Shown: one piece after another, positions 46,276 to 58,400 of the stretch
Position numbering within the stretch: position 1 is the stretch's first letter
How the letters are laid out: every line of letters starts with the position of its first letter
NCBI GenBank assembly: GCA_047495785.1
Contig: JBLDXI010000002.1
Coordinates: forward strand, 1,798,001 to 1,862,000
From: Lepidodermella squamata
Lineage: Eukaryota; Animalia; Gastrotricha
Reading direction: 5' to 3'
Length of the DNA: 64,000 bases
Translations under genes and position numbers: made by a program
Notes under the pieces: model-generated
Told to the model about the DNA's origin: nothing
The model's database searches: none
What the model saw: only the letters and a program-made list of their open reading frames with translations

Positions 46276-48027
46276 TCAAGCCCGAGTAAAAATATAAGTT
46301 CTCGACCAAAGCCACTTTTGGTGCAGTTGAAAATGTATCTCTGTAAAAGAGAAGAAGGTTAGGGCAAAACTGTAAAATTTGAGAAAAATTACCGCATAAA
46401 CACCTTCCTCAGAGTATGATACGCGAAAGACTGTGTGTGAGCTGTTTTTCAAGGTATTGACAAGTTGATACTCCAGGCAGTTGAGACCATCGAAGTGCAT
46501 GCGGGAGAGGCTGCTCGAATGCAGGCGATAGCTGAAAAATATGATCGGTCGCAATCGAAGATGAAGATATATTCATTCATACTTGTCGAAGTGCATTGGA
46601 TTTCCAGCATCTGGCTTAGGTAGTCCGGCATGTTTGAAGCCTCTGAACGGCGCGGTGGCTGGCAATCGGTCGATTTTGTATTTACCCCAGTGGAACCCTC
46701 TGTCAATCGAATATTTCAACTAGTCTTGCTCTTAGCGGAACCAAAAATTACGAAATTAATTTACCCAAATCATTTTTTCCCATAATTTTGGGATTTAAAA
46801 ATTCTAAATTACCCTGAAATTGGCGCTAAATTCAAATAAAAATTCAAAAATGGCACCTTTTGCATTTGGTGCCAAATTTCGAAATTCGGTTCCGCTATAG
46901 CATATTCTGATAAATTTCTCACCTGAAAACAATTTCATCATCCTCCCCGAAATAACCTAGAGAGGGAATTTTAAATCTGAGAGATAAAAAGAGCAGGTTG
47001 AAAATGTACCAAAATACAGGTTTGAATAGCCGTTTACAAATGCAAAGTCTTCCATTCGAACAATACCAACCCCTCCGAAATTATACGTAGCCGCGGGCCT
47101 AAAATCAAACAACTCAGCTTTCTCATTTTTTTATAACGAAAAAGAGGAAATTACCACATCCATAAATGGTACATGATTGATCTCTCAGGACATTTGAAAG
47201 GCATTCGATCGTCTTGAACGATTCTACAAGGATTTTAATGAAGCAATGAATAGATCGAAAACGGACTAACTTGTCTACGTCGTAAATTGCCACGCAATCC
47301 CAGGGTGGGCGGCCATTTTCTTCCGTATAGCGCCTCGCAGCCAGAAAACCAACATTCAACAATAGCGCTTTATTGAATCTGGGAGGTGAGCCACTTATTA
47401 AAGCTATGGGGTGAAAAATAACAAATAAATTCAACCAATTCCATAATTTCTCACCTTGTTCGACGACAAATAGCTGGAACGCTATTTTCTGACGTTTTAA
47501 GGTGGGTATTAGCGATGGCAGTAGCTCTTTCAAATGCGCTTCTCGGTCTCTGAATGGAATAAGGAAAGCTATCCGCCATATAGGATTGCAATCTGGGGGC
47601 TCGTAATAACCGTCTTCCGCCGTTGGATGAATAATAAAACGCTGTTCTATGGAAATTTCTTCCAGAGTTCTGTTGACAATTTCCTCCTGTGTAGTCGCAT
47701 TCAAAACTCCAACTGCGAAAAATCGAATAAGGAAAAGAAATTCAGGTTTTAAGACGCGTTACCTAGATCTTTCACCGGGTCTATTAAACACGTTGTTAGA
47801 TTAGTTATGTTGGTATTTTTCCATGGAATTTGAGTCGGACGCTCGAGAGGTAGTGCCATGAAACGTCTCGATTGATTAACTGCGACAAATTTTCTGTTAA
47901 AAAAGTTGGTGAATTCGCCGAAATACTTACTCCCATTTTGATAGATGTTCCAAATAAATGCTACAAAGAATCCTAAGATGGTTAATGTCAACAAAGCGTA
48001 ACTTATTAACCTGCTGCCCGCATTCAT
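46276..48027 (-). CDS. Glycosyltransferase family 7 (beta-1,4-Gal/GalNAc-transferase-like), type II Golgi protein, multi-exon
   Basis: N-terminal TM; IAFLIPFRDREAHL, FVVEQ, FNKALLLNVGF, DVD, FGGV, NGYSN, GEDDE, FKH and DGLN motifs. Confidence 0.88.
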
Positions 48028-48462
48028 TTCTTGGCTATATACTATTCTTAGGTAAGTGATATAAAGCGGATATGGCGTGCCAATCCTTTTTATTCTGCAG
48101 TGAAGTGAACGAGTTTTAAGACAGCCATTTTTCACCTGTTATTAATTGGGATCGGTGTGTCACACATAGGCCACCTTAAAATAAATCCGATACCTAAATG
48201 AATCATTATTTTAGGGCAAAATTTAGGGTCAAAAATAGAGACCAAATATTTTACCGCGATTAGACCTGTTGTCTCAAACCCCACAGGTTGCTATTAGCGT
48301 GGCTTAGCGGCTCACAAGACCATTGCATCCCTTATAATATTCGTTTTTATTTAAAAAATTGCTTATACATAGGCCGTTTTAGACCTGCAAAAATAATTGT
48401 GGATCGTCAGTATTTATTTCAGGCCTGGTCGATGGTTCGAACTGAGCGGCCGCCAATATATT

Positions 48463-50818
48463 TTAAGTGTCAGTGAAAAGAATAGATGCGTTCGTTATTC
48501 GCTGTTTAGCAGAATCAGATTTTCCAAGCTTTGTGATATTGGTTAAGCCATCAAAAACATCGCCGACCAAAGGCTCCCCAGACCATTTTCCAGAGTTTGA
48601 TTCCTGCAAATATGTTAATTTTTATGACTGAGTGTTCAATTTGATATATAACTCACAATGTATCTCAGCGCTTCTGAAGCCGAAAATCGCTTATCGACTG
48701 ATAACTCGGTTTTCGTTTCAGAATCAAAGCCGACCAAGCCCGCAGTCAAGCCTTTCATCGCCGACGAAAATTGGTTCCCTTCAGCAAAGATTTTCTCGAA
48801 TAGACCAGCATTGATTTGATTCGCCAAATTTTCGTCGCCAGTTAGGAGAAGGATGAGCAGCACGCCCACAGAGAATACGTCACATTTCGCGGTAATTTGT
48901 CTAAAATTGATAGATAGAAGCTAAAATAAATTGACGAAAATATTTGAAATACGAACTCATTTGAATCGAGGATTTCAGGCGCAGAATAAAAGGCTATCGA
49001 GTTGAGTAACAACTTGCGAGATTCCTCGGTTTTTACGCTTCGAAGGTGGTCAATGGAAGAAGCTTTATGGTATGATCCGAGTTTGACCATTCCGTCGTCC
49101 GTTATCTTTGAATTATACCAAAAAATAAGAATCAAGAATTGAAAATCAGCAATAAAATACTTACCATAATTGTATCATGATTTACGTTGAAATGAACCGT
49201 TTTCATCTCGTCATGCAAATAATGAAGACCTCCAAGCAATTGATCCAAAATAGCGATGATTTTCAATTCAGAATATCTGGTGTCCTCAGTTATTCCATCG
49301 AATAACTTATAAGCAGGCGTGGCTTCCAACACAACGAAAGCTACTTCAGGAGCGAAAAATACTTGATCTACGGCGTGAACGAGGTTGGGATGGTCTAATT
49401 TTTGAATGAGTGCTAGTTCCTGGTCAAATTTCGACGGGCGAGTCCTCGTTTCAATAACTTTAACCATCAACTCAGTTGATTTCCCGGCCTGCTTCGATTG
49501 GCATATGTGAGTGGTAGAAGCACGTGACTGAGAGCATAGCTCTCCAAGTTGATAAGATTGCCAAAAGCCTGAAACAACTTCAGCCTTTTGGAGGTCTGGT
49601 GGCGGGAACTCCAATGAATCCCGTCTAGCGACATCTACTCCCGCGGCATCGTTTACCTCATCCTTCTCTGGGCCTTCATCTAAAGCGCTGATTTGCCGCC
49701 CTTTTATAACCGTCTTCGCGGTTAAGGCTCTTCGCTTCGCTGATGCTACGGCAGAAATATGGAATATTTGGCGAGGTTTGTGAGAGACCCATTTTCTCTC
49801 CACAACGTCCAGCTCGAAGTCGCCTGGTATCGGATTTTCTGGTCCATAAACGATGAAAGTCATCACGTCTTCTTTGAAAAAATCTGCCAATGTATGAACT
49901 TGGACACCGTCAATTCCGAAAACTTTCTTGATAGTTCCAGGTTCAGACCTCACGGCATCGCCCATATCGTCCAATACCTGACGATGAAATGTCAAGCAAG
50001 CGCTGAATTTTTAGCACACAAGCGAACCTTATCATATGACCGCGCAGTTTGCTGATTGAGCAAGAATCGAACAATGCGCCGTGGTTTGCAACCATTTCGA
50101 ATCACAACAACCGTCCTCGGTACGAACGGCGGAGGTGGCGAAGTATTGCCCAAATATGAGTGCTGATTCAAGTCGTTGTCGGTCGTATCTGAAACCACTT
50201 TGGACAAATCCCTGTCTCTGTCACGAGCTATGTCACAGAATACAAATTTAAATATCAAGTCATCTCAAAAAGTGACATCAACTAACAGACAAGAGACAGT
50301 TTTGTTGCCGCGGTTGATAGTCTGTTATTTGCGTAATCTGGGTCTGACTCTGACCCAAAGTTGGAGAAGAACTCCTTATTAGCCAAAAAATGACTTCCGC
50401 TGCCCTTCAGGTTTTCCATTGAATTCAAAACGGCGGTATTAGTAAAACTGAACTTTTCGTTGGGAATTGCGTCTTCACTTTTTGGTGAGTTATTCACGAG
50501 CCTTACGAGCGTCGATTCGAAATTCAAGAATTTATGAGGTGACACACCCGAAACGGAGCCTTTAAAATATCTGTCTCCATTTTTGAAAAACTGAATGCGT
50601 CGAATAGTTTCTCCATGAGATGAAAGCTCGATAGGCTTCCCGGGATCCAAAACTTGCATGTGTATAGTTTGATTTGGCGTCGACGGGGCCTGAAGCTCGA
50701 CTTCCGGTTGCTCTGAGATAATATTCTCCATATTATTCTCCATTTCCTTGTTTGACTCCGCGCTCGCTGGTGGTATTTGCTCCTCTTGCGCCCCCTTCTC
50801 TTCTGCGACGGTTGACAT
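48463..50818 (-). CDS. Doublecortin-like kinase family protein with two DCX domains and a degenerate kinase domain
   Basis: DCX1 RRIQFFKNGDRYFKG, DCX2 PRTVVVIRNGCKPRRIVRFLLN; kinase-fold remnants MVKVI, LDHPNLV, GLHYLH, YSAPE, SLWACCS-type region, KRFSASEAL. Confidence 0.85.
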
Positions 50819-51930
50819 TTTATATTTGCGATTTTAATTAACCTACAGCAATTATTGCATATTCATTTCGAACGAGTTTTGTCGCACCTCCGACTCCGTA
50901 AATTGAGAAAAGAAGTATTTTCAAACCAGAAGTGATGTACAAAATGGAGATCCGTAGGAACCGAGACACATAGACACATAGAGCATAGGGAGTCTGAGCC
51001 TTCAAAAAGCGTTCCCAAAAACGATGTTCCCGGTATGTGACGTTCACTATACCGATAAATGTTGCACATTAAATAGGTAATTTCGAGCGATAGGTTACTG
51101 TGAACGGCTATGAATATTGCGATCATCTACTATACTCAGGTTGTAAATTCTCAAGTCTCTCTAAAAAAGTCTCTAGTTCTTGAGTGATCAAGAAATAAAG
51201 TGCCATTGCAAATAATGGAATGCCACGTAAAATACTGAAGAAAGTAAACGGAGTCTCCAGAGTAAATTGATCCTTGTAATCATTATTAATTCCATCTAAT
51301 CGACATATTGACATGAGCTGCGCAGTTAAGTACCCAGCTCACTTCACCTTTATTCAGGACGTAAGAGACACGATTGGCCCACCCGGTCTAGGAGGCATTT
51401 CGGTTTCGGCAAGCTACCCTGGCTTTGGCGAGAACGACAGCCCGCGTATCTATGTACGCTAAAAACCAAATACACTGTAATAATACTATTTAAATAATAA
51501 AAATAATTAATTAGAGAAAATAAAAAAATTACATGAAGAATGCGCGGTAATTTTTTAAACGTGCGATATCCAGATGTTTTTTGAACTTCTTGTTGAATCT
51601 TGTGTTTTCTGGCAGCTTTTGGAGACTAGAATGAGCGCTGACCCACTGCCATCTGCCACTTGACAAGGACATCAAAGGATGTAACCTTGCTGTATAGTTT
51701 TGCTGCATGCCTATTTCATTTTTTGAAAGCTATTTCTGCGGAGAGGTTCATGAGCTCATGAATCTCGACGACTCGAATTCGAAACCATCAACCGTAGAAG
51801 TTCGATCGACCCCGAAAAATGACTAGTATAACACTGCATTGCAACATTAACATTGTAGCATTAGCATTTAACATGCTCCAAACGGAACTCTGAAATCTTA
51901 AAAGTTCATGTTGATCATCTAAACATTAGG

Positions 51931-53260
51931 ATGTCTAAAAAGTTTCTGGAAAACAGAAGTCTCTTCGTGCGACTGATTCGGAAGATAATCCCGACGAGTT
52001 CGCCTGATTTTCATAAAGGGTTATGCGGCCGCATCGGTATTTGTTTCCGTGAAATATTCCGCACTGTCATTTGTCATTTCTCTCTTTGTTTGTAGGTGTA
52101 ATTGGAGGCTCTTTTGAATACACTGGCGCGCCTTATTTCTCTGGAATTTCGTCATTAAGAACAGTTAGTTACTCCTACTTTTGAAGCTGAGTTCTAAAAT
52201 GTTATTTTCCCAGGGCGCTGACTTGTCTTACATTATTTGCGCATCAGAAGCTGCTATACCAATCAAATCTTACAGCCCGGAACTAATTGTACTGCCGTTA
52301 CTGTAACTCTTCAGCTATTAATTGTTGCAGCAGGTTGCAATTTTGAATGTTGTTTCAAGGGATTCGGCAAGTCCACTTGGTGAAATATCCAATGTTTTGA
52401 AACGGCTACATGCAGTCGTTCTCGGACCTGGGCTGGGTCGCAATCCGAAGTTGACCGAAAACATCAAGGTGCAAACCTGCGCACATTCGCGTTTCAGTGG
52501 TGATATGATTTTTTATTTTATTCAGGCAATCGTAGATGAAGTCAAGAAAAACAATATCCCCCTCGTCGTCGATGCTGTAAGTCAACCAGGCATCAAATTT
52601 ATTTGTTAAATTATTCCGTTGTTAAGGATGGTCTCCATTTCGTAAATGAAAACCTCAGTTTGGTTGAAGGTTATTCGCGAGCTGTATTAACACCGAACGC
52701 CATCGAATTCTCGCGGTTGTATGAAAAACTGGTATGTCAATGATTAGGGATCTATTTCATTTCGTCCATTATCTGCTTACTATATGCAGAAGCACGAGCC
52801 GCTGTCTTGTGGGAAGAGCGATGTTGACGCCCTGGCCGAAGCAGTCAAGACTGTTGCAAAAATCATGGGTTGCACCATCGTTCGGAAAGGAAAAGAGGAT
52901 CTTATCTGTGACGGGCAAAATGGTAATTTCTTTTCATCTCGCAATTTACCTCGAATAAATAGCTCTATAATTCATATTCAAGTCATAGTTTGTGACCTAC
53001 AAGGAAGCGTGCGTCGGTGTGGCGGCCAGGGCGATCTTTTGTCTGGCAGCCTGGGAACTTTCATCGCATGGTCGTTTACTAATGGAACAGAAGTCGATGC
53101 ATACCCATCGCAAACGGTCGCAGCCTTGGCAGCTTGTCTACTCACCCGTCAGTGCAACGGGCTGTCTTACTCGAAACACGGACAATCTATGATAACTACT
53201 GACATGATTACAGAAATCGGAAACGCTTTTTCAATGTTATTCTTAAACAAGGAATGTTAA
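51931..53260 (+). CDS. NAXD: ATP-dependent NAD(P)H-hydrate dehydratase (carbohydrate kinase domain), multi-exon
   Basis: [82 protein letters not shown]. Confidence 0.93.
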
Positions 53261-53450
53261 TATTGTTTTCACACGGATTAAAATTATGTCTGATGAGAAT
53301 TAAAAGCTTATTGCCGATATGTGATACAGAGCAATTAAACCCTCGTAATTACGTCCGGAACGTGCCGCTCAATAATTTTATTACACGGTATAAAATAAAG
53401 ATATAAATTAAGGAGGGGAGGCAAAATTGAGTTTTTCTGTAACTATAAAA

Positions 53451-54455
53451 ATGAGATTCACATTTCAACTTATTATCGCTGCTGTTTTGTGCGCATCAGC
53501 ACTCTGCTTTCGGCGAAGAGCTGATCGGTCAGGTTGGTGAAATCCCGCAAGTTCCTGTTTATAGTTGAGGTCCTGTTTAGATTGCCCGGTGAGTTTGAGA
53601 GATGGGTCAAAGGTTAAGTGCTATTTTCCCAACTACGCGGGAAACAACTGGGAAAACGATCGCAGAATTTGCAAAATGTTCTCGGCTGAGAATGGCAATC
53701 TCGCCCTGCTCAACACGAAGGAGAAAATGGATTCGATTGTAGCCAACGCTGGTATAACAATCAGCATCTAATTAATTAATAGTTATTATTTTTGAAATGA
53801 CACAGACTACTTTTTGGGTGGAGATGTTGGCATGTCGTTCTGGATCGGCCTGAAATACGTTCACAAATACAAGAAATTCGTGTGGCTGGACGGAACAGAG
53901 CTGAACGAGAAGGAAGCTCCGTGGTCTCAAGCGCTTCGCGGTGAGGTCAAGCCGAACATCGAGAACTGCGTGGCTTTGAATATCTACACGGCTATTGCGA
54001 AAAATGCAACGCTTGACGTGAGAATATTTTACATATTTTTATTCAATTAAATTACAAATAAGCGATTATAGCATGGCAAATGGAATATTGATGATTGCGC
54101 TGCTCCGCGGGCTTCACTTTGCGAAACAGTTATTCCGAAGGAGCTGCCGCAGCCAAGGTTAAGCGAGATGGTTGGTCTGTACCCCCAGAAGGCCGCTATA
54201 TATTTTGAGGAACAGCCGAAGGGACATTCTTGCACCCATGGAATCGATCTTTTCCGATCTGAGGTGGCTTGATTTATTCTATCAATTAATACTTTAAAAT
54301 TCCCTATGTTTCTAGAAATTGGCTGCATGTCAGCAATATTGTCTTGTAAATACGGATTGTGCCGGATATATAATCCCGCACAATTCAAATGCGTGCATTC
54401 TCAAGAGCAAAACTTGTCGCACGACATTTGCCGACCACTCGAACACCTATTATAA
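53451..54455 (+). CDS. Secreted C-type lectin domain protein with a Cys-rich C-terminal extension
   Basis: Signal MRFTFQLIIAAVLCASALC; KCY..., W....IC....GNLA, FWIGL, FVWLDG, ENCV, GKWNIDDC...LCE; last exon ends ...HDICRPLEHLL* at 54455. Confidence 0.82.
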
Positions 54456-54796
54456 GAAACAAATTTCAACCTGAGAATGATAATTTGTAACACAGCTATT
54501 GTGGTATGGAATCATTGTGCGATCATGAATATCCGGATTTTTCCGAATCGGTGTTGCATTACGCGCTAGAATAAAATGACTAAAATTAAAAAATGAGCTT
54601 TTGGATACAGAATTCATCTCATTACATTGTTCGATTGAGATGCCAGAATGACGTTGAAATAGCTTCAGTAGCATTTTATTCAGTAGGTTCATTTTAAGGA
54701 GGAGTTTTCAATTTTGATCATTGGTTCGAAATTTGTCTTATCAGTGAGGTTCAGAATAAAGTACGTTATAAATGGGCGACACGCCGTTCGGGCAGA

Positions 54797-54952
54797 CCGT
54801 CATAACAGCAAACACTCAAAACAGCAAACGTGACAAAACAGCAAAATTTTCAACTTGCGACATAACAGCAGAAACAAGATGCATCTTTTACTTTGTAAGT
54901 TTTTGCTGTTTTGTCGCATTTGCTGTTTTGCGAAGTTGCTGTTTTATCGCCG
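54797..54952. mobile_element. Palindromic MITE-like repeat, family copy 3
   Basis: Reverse-complement match to 14417-14597; explains the spurious ORF 54772-55278. Confidence 0.75.
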
Positions 54953-55494
54953 TACCGCCGTTCGACGAAAATAATGTATTTTTGTGGACATTTTTGCTAA
55001 TTTTTTCAGCTAGGCTTGGCTGTTGCAGAAAATATTTACCCGCCCTGTCGCGTTTTGAAGTTGAAGACCACGTCCCAGGTCTATTTACTACCTATGGAAG
55101 TACAGCCGAAGAAAAATTCTCCCAGAGATTGGCAGACTTGTGCGGGAAAAGTGCGCTAAAAAACGTGACAAATTGCAGCTTGAAGAAAACCGTTTTAACC
55201 AATTTTCCAAGGTTCCAGCGCGAGTTTCGAAGTGGCTGTTTGCACGAGCTTAGCTGGGCTGGTTTTCTTTTTTCTTAGGCGAAAGCAACGCGCTTGGATC
55301 TTACAAGCTGTTTCTCGATCGCTGAACCGTTGACCGAAACTTTTTTGCTTCGCCGAACTTTTCTCCAAAGCCGAGTGGCCGAAGGGCCCGATGAACGTAT
55401 GACCAGGTCAACCCGATTTTTTTTTATAACTCTCTATTTTGGCTCTCTATTTTTCATTTCATTTATTTGTAAGAACATTAAAAAAAGTAGTATC

Positions 55495-58400
55495 TTATGG
55501 CTGTATTGTCACTGTTTTCGGAGGTTTTCGCTGTTTCAAGACATTTTCAGCATCGCTAGGCTGGAGTGAAATACTTTTCCGGGCAGCTAATTTCGGCCTG
55601 TATCTGTGAATGTAATTCTCATTCGTCGGCGACAGGGCACCCCTCATTTCTTTGATAGCCCTGAAATGCCGCCAGCGCCTTTGAATCGTTTTCGCGGCTA
55701 CGTCTTGCTTCTTGCGCCATTTCGTCGTCATGACAAGTTCAGCTTTCACGCGCGTCGGGAAGTTGTTTTTAAACACCGACTCCAGCTGAACTTTCACCAT
55801 TCTGAACTCCTCAGTCTCATCGATAGAGCCGAGCGCTTTTCGAACTAGGCCCATTAGAATGTCGACGCAGTGAACGACTTCATCGCCGGTTGCGTTGTCG
55901 CGCAGGATCGGAAAGTCGAGTAGGGTGATTGCCGAGTCGTTCGGCTTTGGGCAGCCGAGAGGCGGCGTCAGATCGGCTATGAAATTGGCGAGGTCTTCGT
56001 ATTTCATGAACTGCGTTGCCAGAGAGTCATAGCGTTCCCACACCGTGTAGAAACGCTCGATATCTTCGTCAGTTACGCCGATTTCGTCTTGGTTTGTCGC
56101 GTCTTGATAAAAGTCCAAAATTACGGCAGCAAACATGTTCCTATTTATGTGAAAATTGGAAAAAATGTTTTCAAATCGAATTGAAAATGAAATAAAAATT
56201 GGAAAATAATCGCCGTATCAAGGGATAACTTTGGACGAAGCCGTGGTTCCGAAGGGAAACTCAGCTTTCGTTAAAAAAAATGGAAAAAATTGGGCAGACT
56301 GATTCCTAATTGTTCTGCGAATTTTGAGATCTTGTTTATTTCAACACAATTCGGGAAATATGAATTTAAATTAATATTTAAAAGGATGTAAAAATATTTC
56401 GCGGTATTCGAAATTTTGGTCCATTTCCAAGGCCAAATTAAAATCAATCAAATCGAAGTTCGATCCACCCTAAATCAACCATTTTCATTCGTAATAAGGG
56501 AAAAGAGAAGTATAATTCAAATAAAACCTAAAGCCCAACCCTGAAAAGTTGAAAATCTACAAAGCCTAAAATTTCCAAGTTTACTCTGCCCGTTTTAGTA
56601 CAGTAATTAGTACATTTTTTATAAACTTGTATAAAATTAAAATAATAGGAAAAAAACTAGAAAATATTCCACTTACACGATGATGAAATAGGAAAATAGC
56701 AGGTAAGAAATGACGTAAACTGTCGCGAGCTGGAAAATACGACAACATAAATATCAGCAGTCATCATTTATAAAATTTTCCCTTACCGAAAAATTTCCGC
56801 AATTTCCCCACCCGCCATCGTCGGCAACAATCTCCCCATTGGGTCGCATCCAAGCAGTTCGGTTACAACACGGGTTCGACTGCGAGTAAGCCGGGTCGCC
56901 GAGAATCACCTTCGGGTTGCAACCTGAAGCTGGGTCATCCGTGAAACTTAACCCCTGGTGGACATTGTCCCAACCCGCGATTGTCGTCAGCCGGAATAGG
57001 GTGAGAAGAGCGTAGGGAAACGTGTGAAAATTGGCGACATCGTCCAGATTGCCGCCGAAATGGCCGACGTGGCCGAACAAATTCATGCCGATAATTGCGT
57101 AGATGAAAATGATGAGAAATAGCAAGCAGCCGATGTTGAAGAGCCCGGGAAGGGACATTACAAGCGAATACATGAGCTTGCGGACGCCTTTCGAGACGCG
57201 AATAATGCGAATCACTCGCCCGACTCGCAGAACTCGGAGAACTCTAAGCATTGATGGCGAAACTCCGATAGATTGGAACAAATCGGCTAGAGCGATACCT
57301 TAAAGAAAAAATTAGGGAAATATACAAATAGGTGGAAATTGAGTTAATTCAAGATTTCGATCCAAACTATCTTAATTTCAAACAAAATTCGACAGCGGTA
57401 TTTACGTGCCCTTTCTCGCTCTGAAATCGAAGAAAAAACTTAATTGGGAAATAAATAAAAAAAAAATATTTTAATTTTTAAATTTTAAATTTAAATTGTA
57501 AAAAATGTATTTTTGCATAGGCAAGTGAGGCCTAAATGACCCGCTATTTTCCCCAATTACGCAAAAACTTTCTAAATTGCCAAAAATCAGAAAAAGTGAA
57601 CAATTCTGAAATTTTTAAAGACAACCAACCGTTTTTCGAATTTTTGAATTTTTTCAGAATTTTGAAGGTCAATCTGAATTTTAACCCTCAAGACATTTCC
57701 AAAGTTGCTTATCTCTAGAGGAATGCCGTAAAAATGCATATATAATTGCTTACTCAAAACAGAAACTATGACGATGGAGATATCAAACATATTCCAGGCA
57801 CTGCGAAAGTAATGAACGCCGAGTCCAATTATTTTGAAAATCGCCTCCAGCGCAAAAGTGACCGTAAACGTGACATTGAACACCTCTTGAAGGACGGAGA
57901 ACGTGATAGGCTGGTCGAAATGCTCCGTTGCCATGATGACAACATTCGCACCAATAACACCGGCGATGCAGAACTCAAAGCGCGTGCTAATCGAAATTTC
58001 GTAGAAAAACAAACTGAACGCATTCGACGGCCGAACGGTTGTCCGCCTCGGCTTTTTCAACCCCAGTTTTTTGATGGTTGAAAAGAAATTTTTCTGCGAG
58101 TCAGTCGTGAATAAATCGAGAATTCGGCCGCCTTCATAACGCTTTTTCAAGCTATTAAAATCATCGATGATGACACCGACGAATAAATTTAGCAGGAAAA
58201 ACGAGCACAGAACGATGAAAATGATGAAGTAAACGTAATAGTAGATGTTGCTCTCTGGGTATGGCTGGTCGCCTTTATTAGCCGGGGCATCAACAGCGTA
58301 CTGAATCACGGTAGTCCATCCCTCGAATGTCCCGACTTGAAACAAAGCCAAGTAGGCATAAGCAACATTATCGAAATTGATCGCATAATTCGCCCTAAAA

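Noticed and set aside
50838-51900. Short ORFs or an ncRNA between the DCLK-like gene and NAXD
   Set aside because: No recognisable protein motif or snRNA/SL/tRNA signature; most likely UTR exons and a divergent promoter.
54772-55278. 168-aa ORF and similar ORFs at 14357-14624 and 41408-41707
   Set aside because: They read through the palindromic MITE copies; their mutual similarity comes from the repeat.
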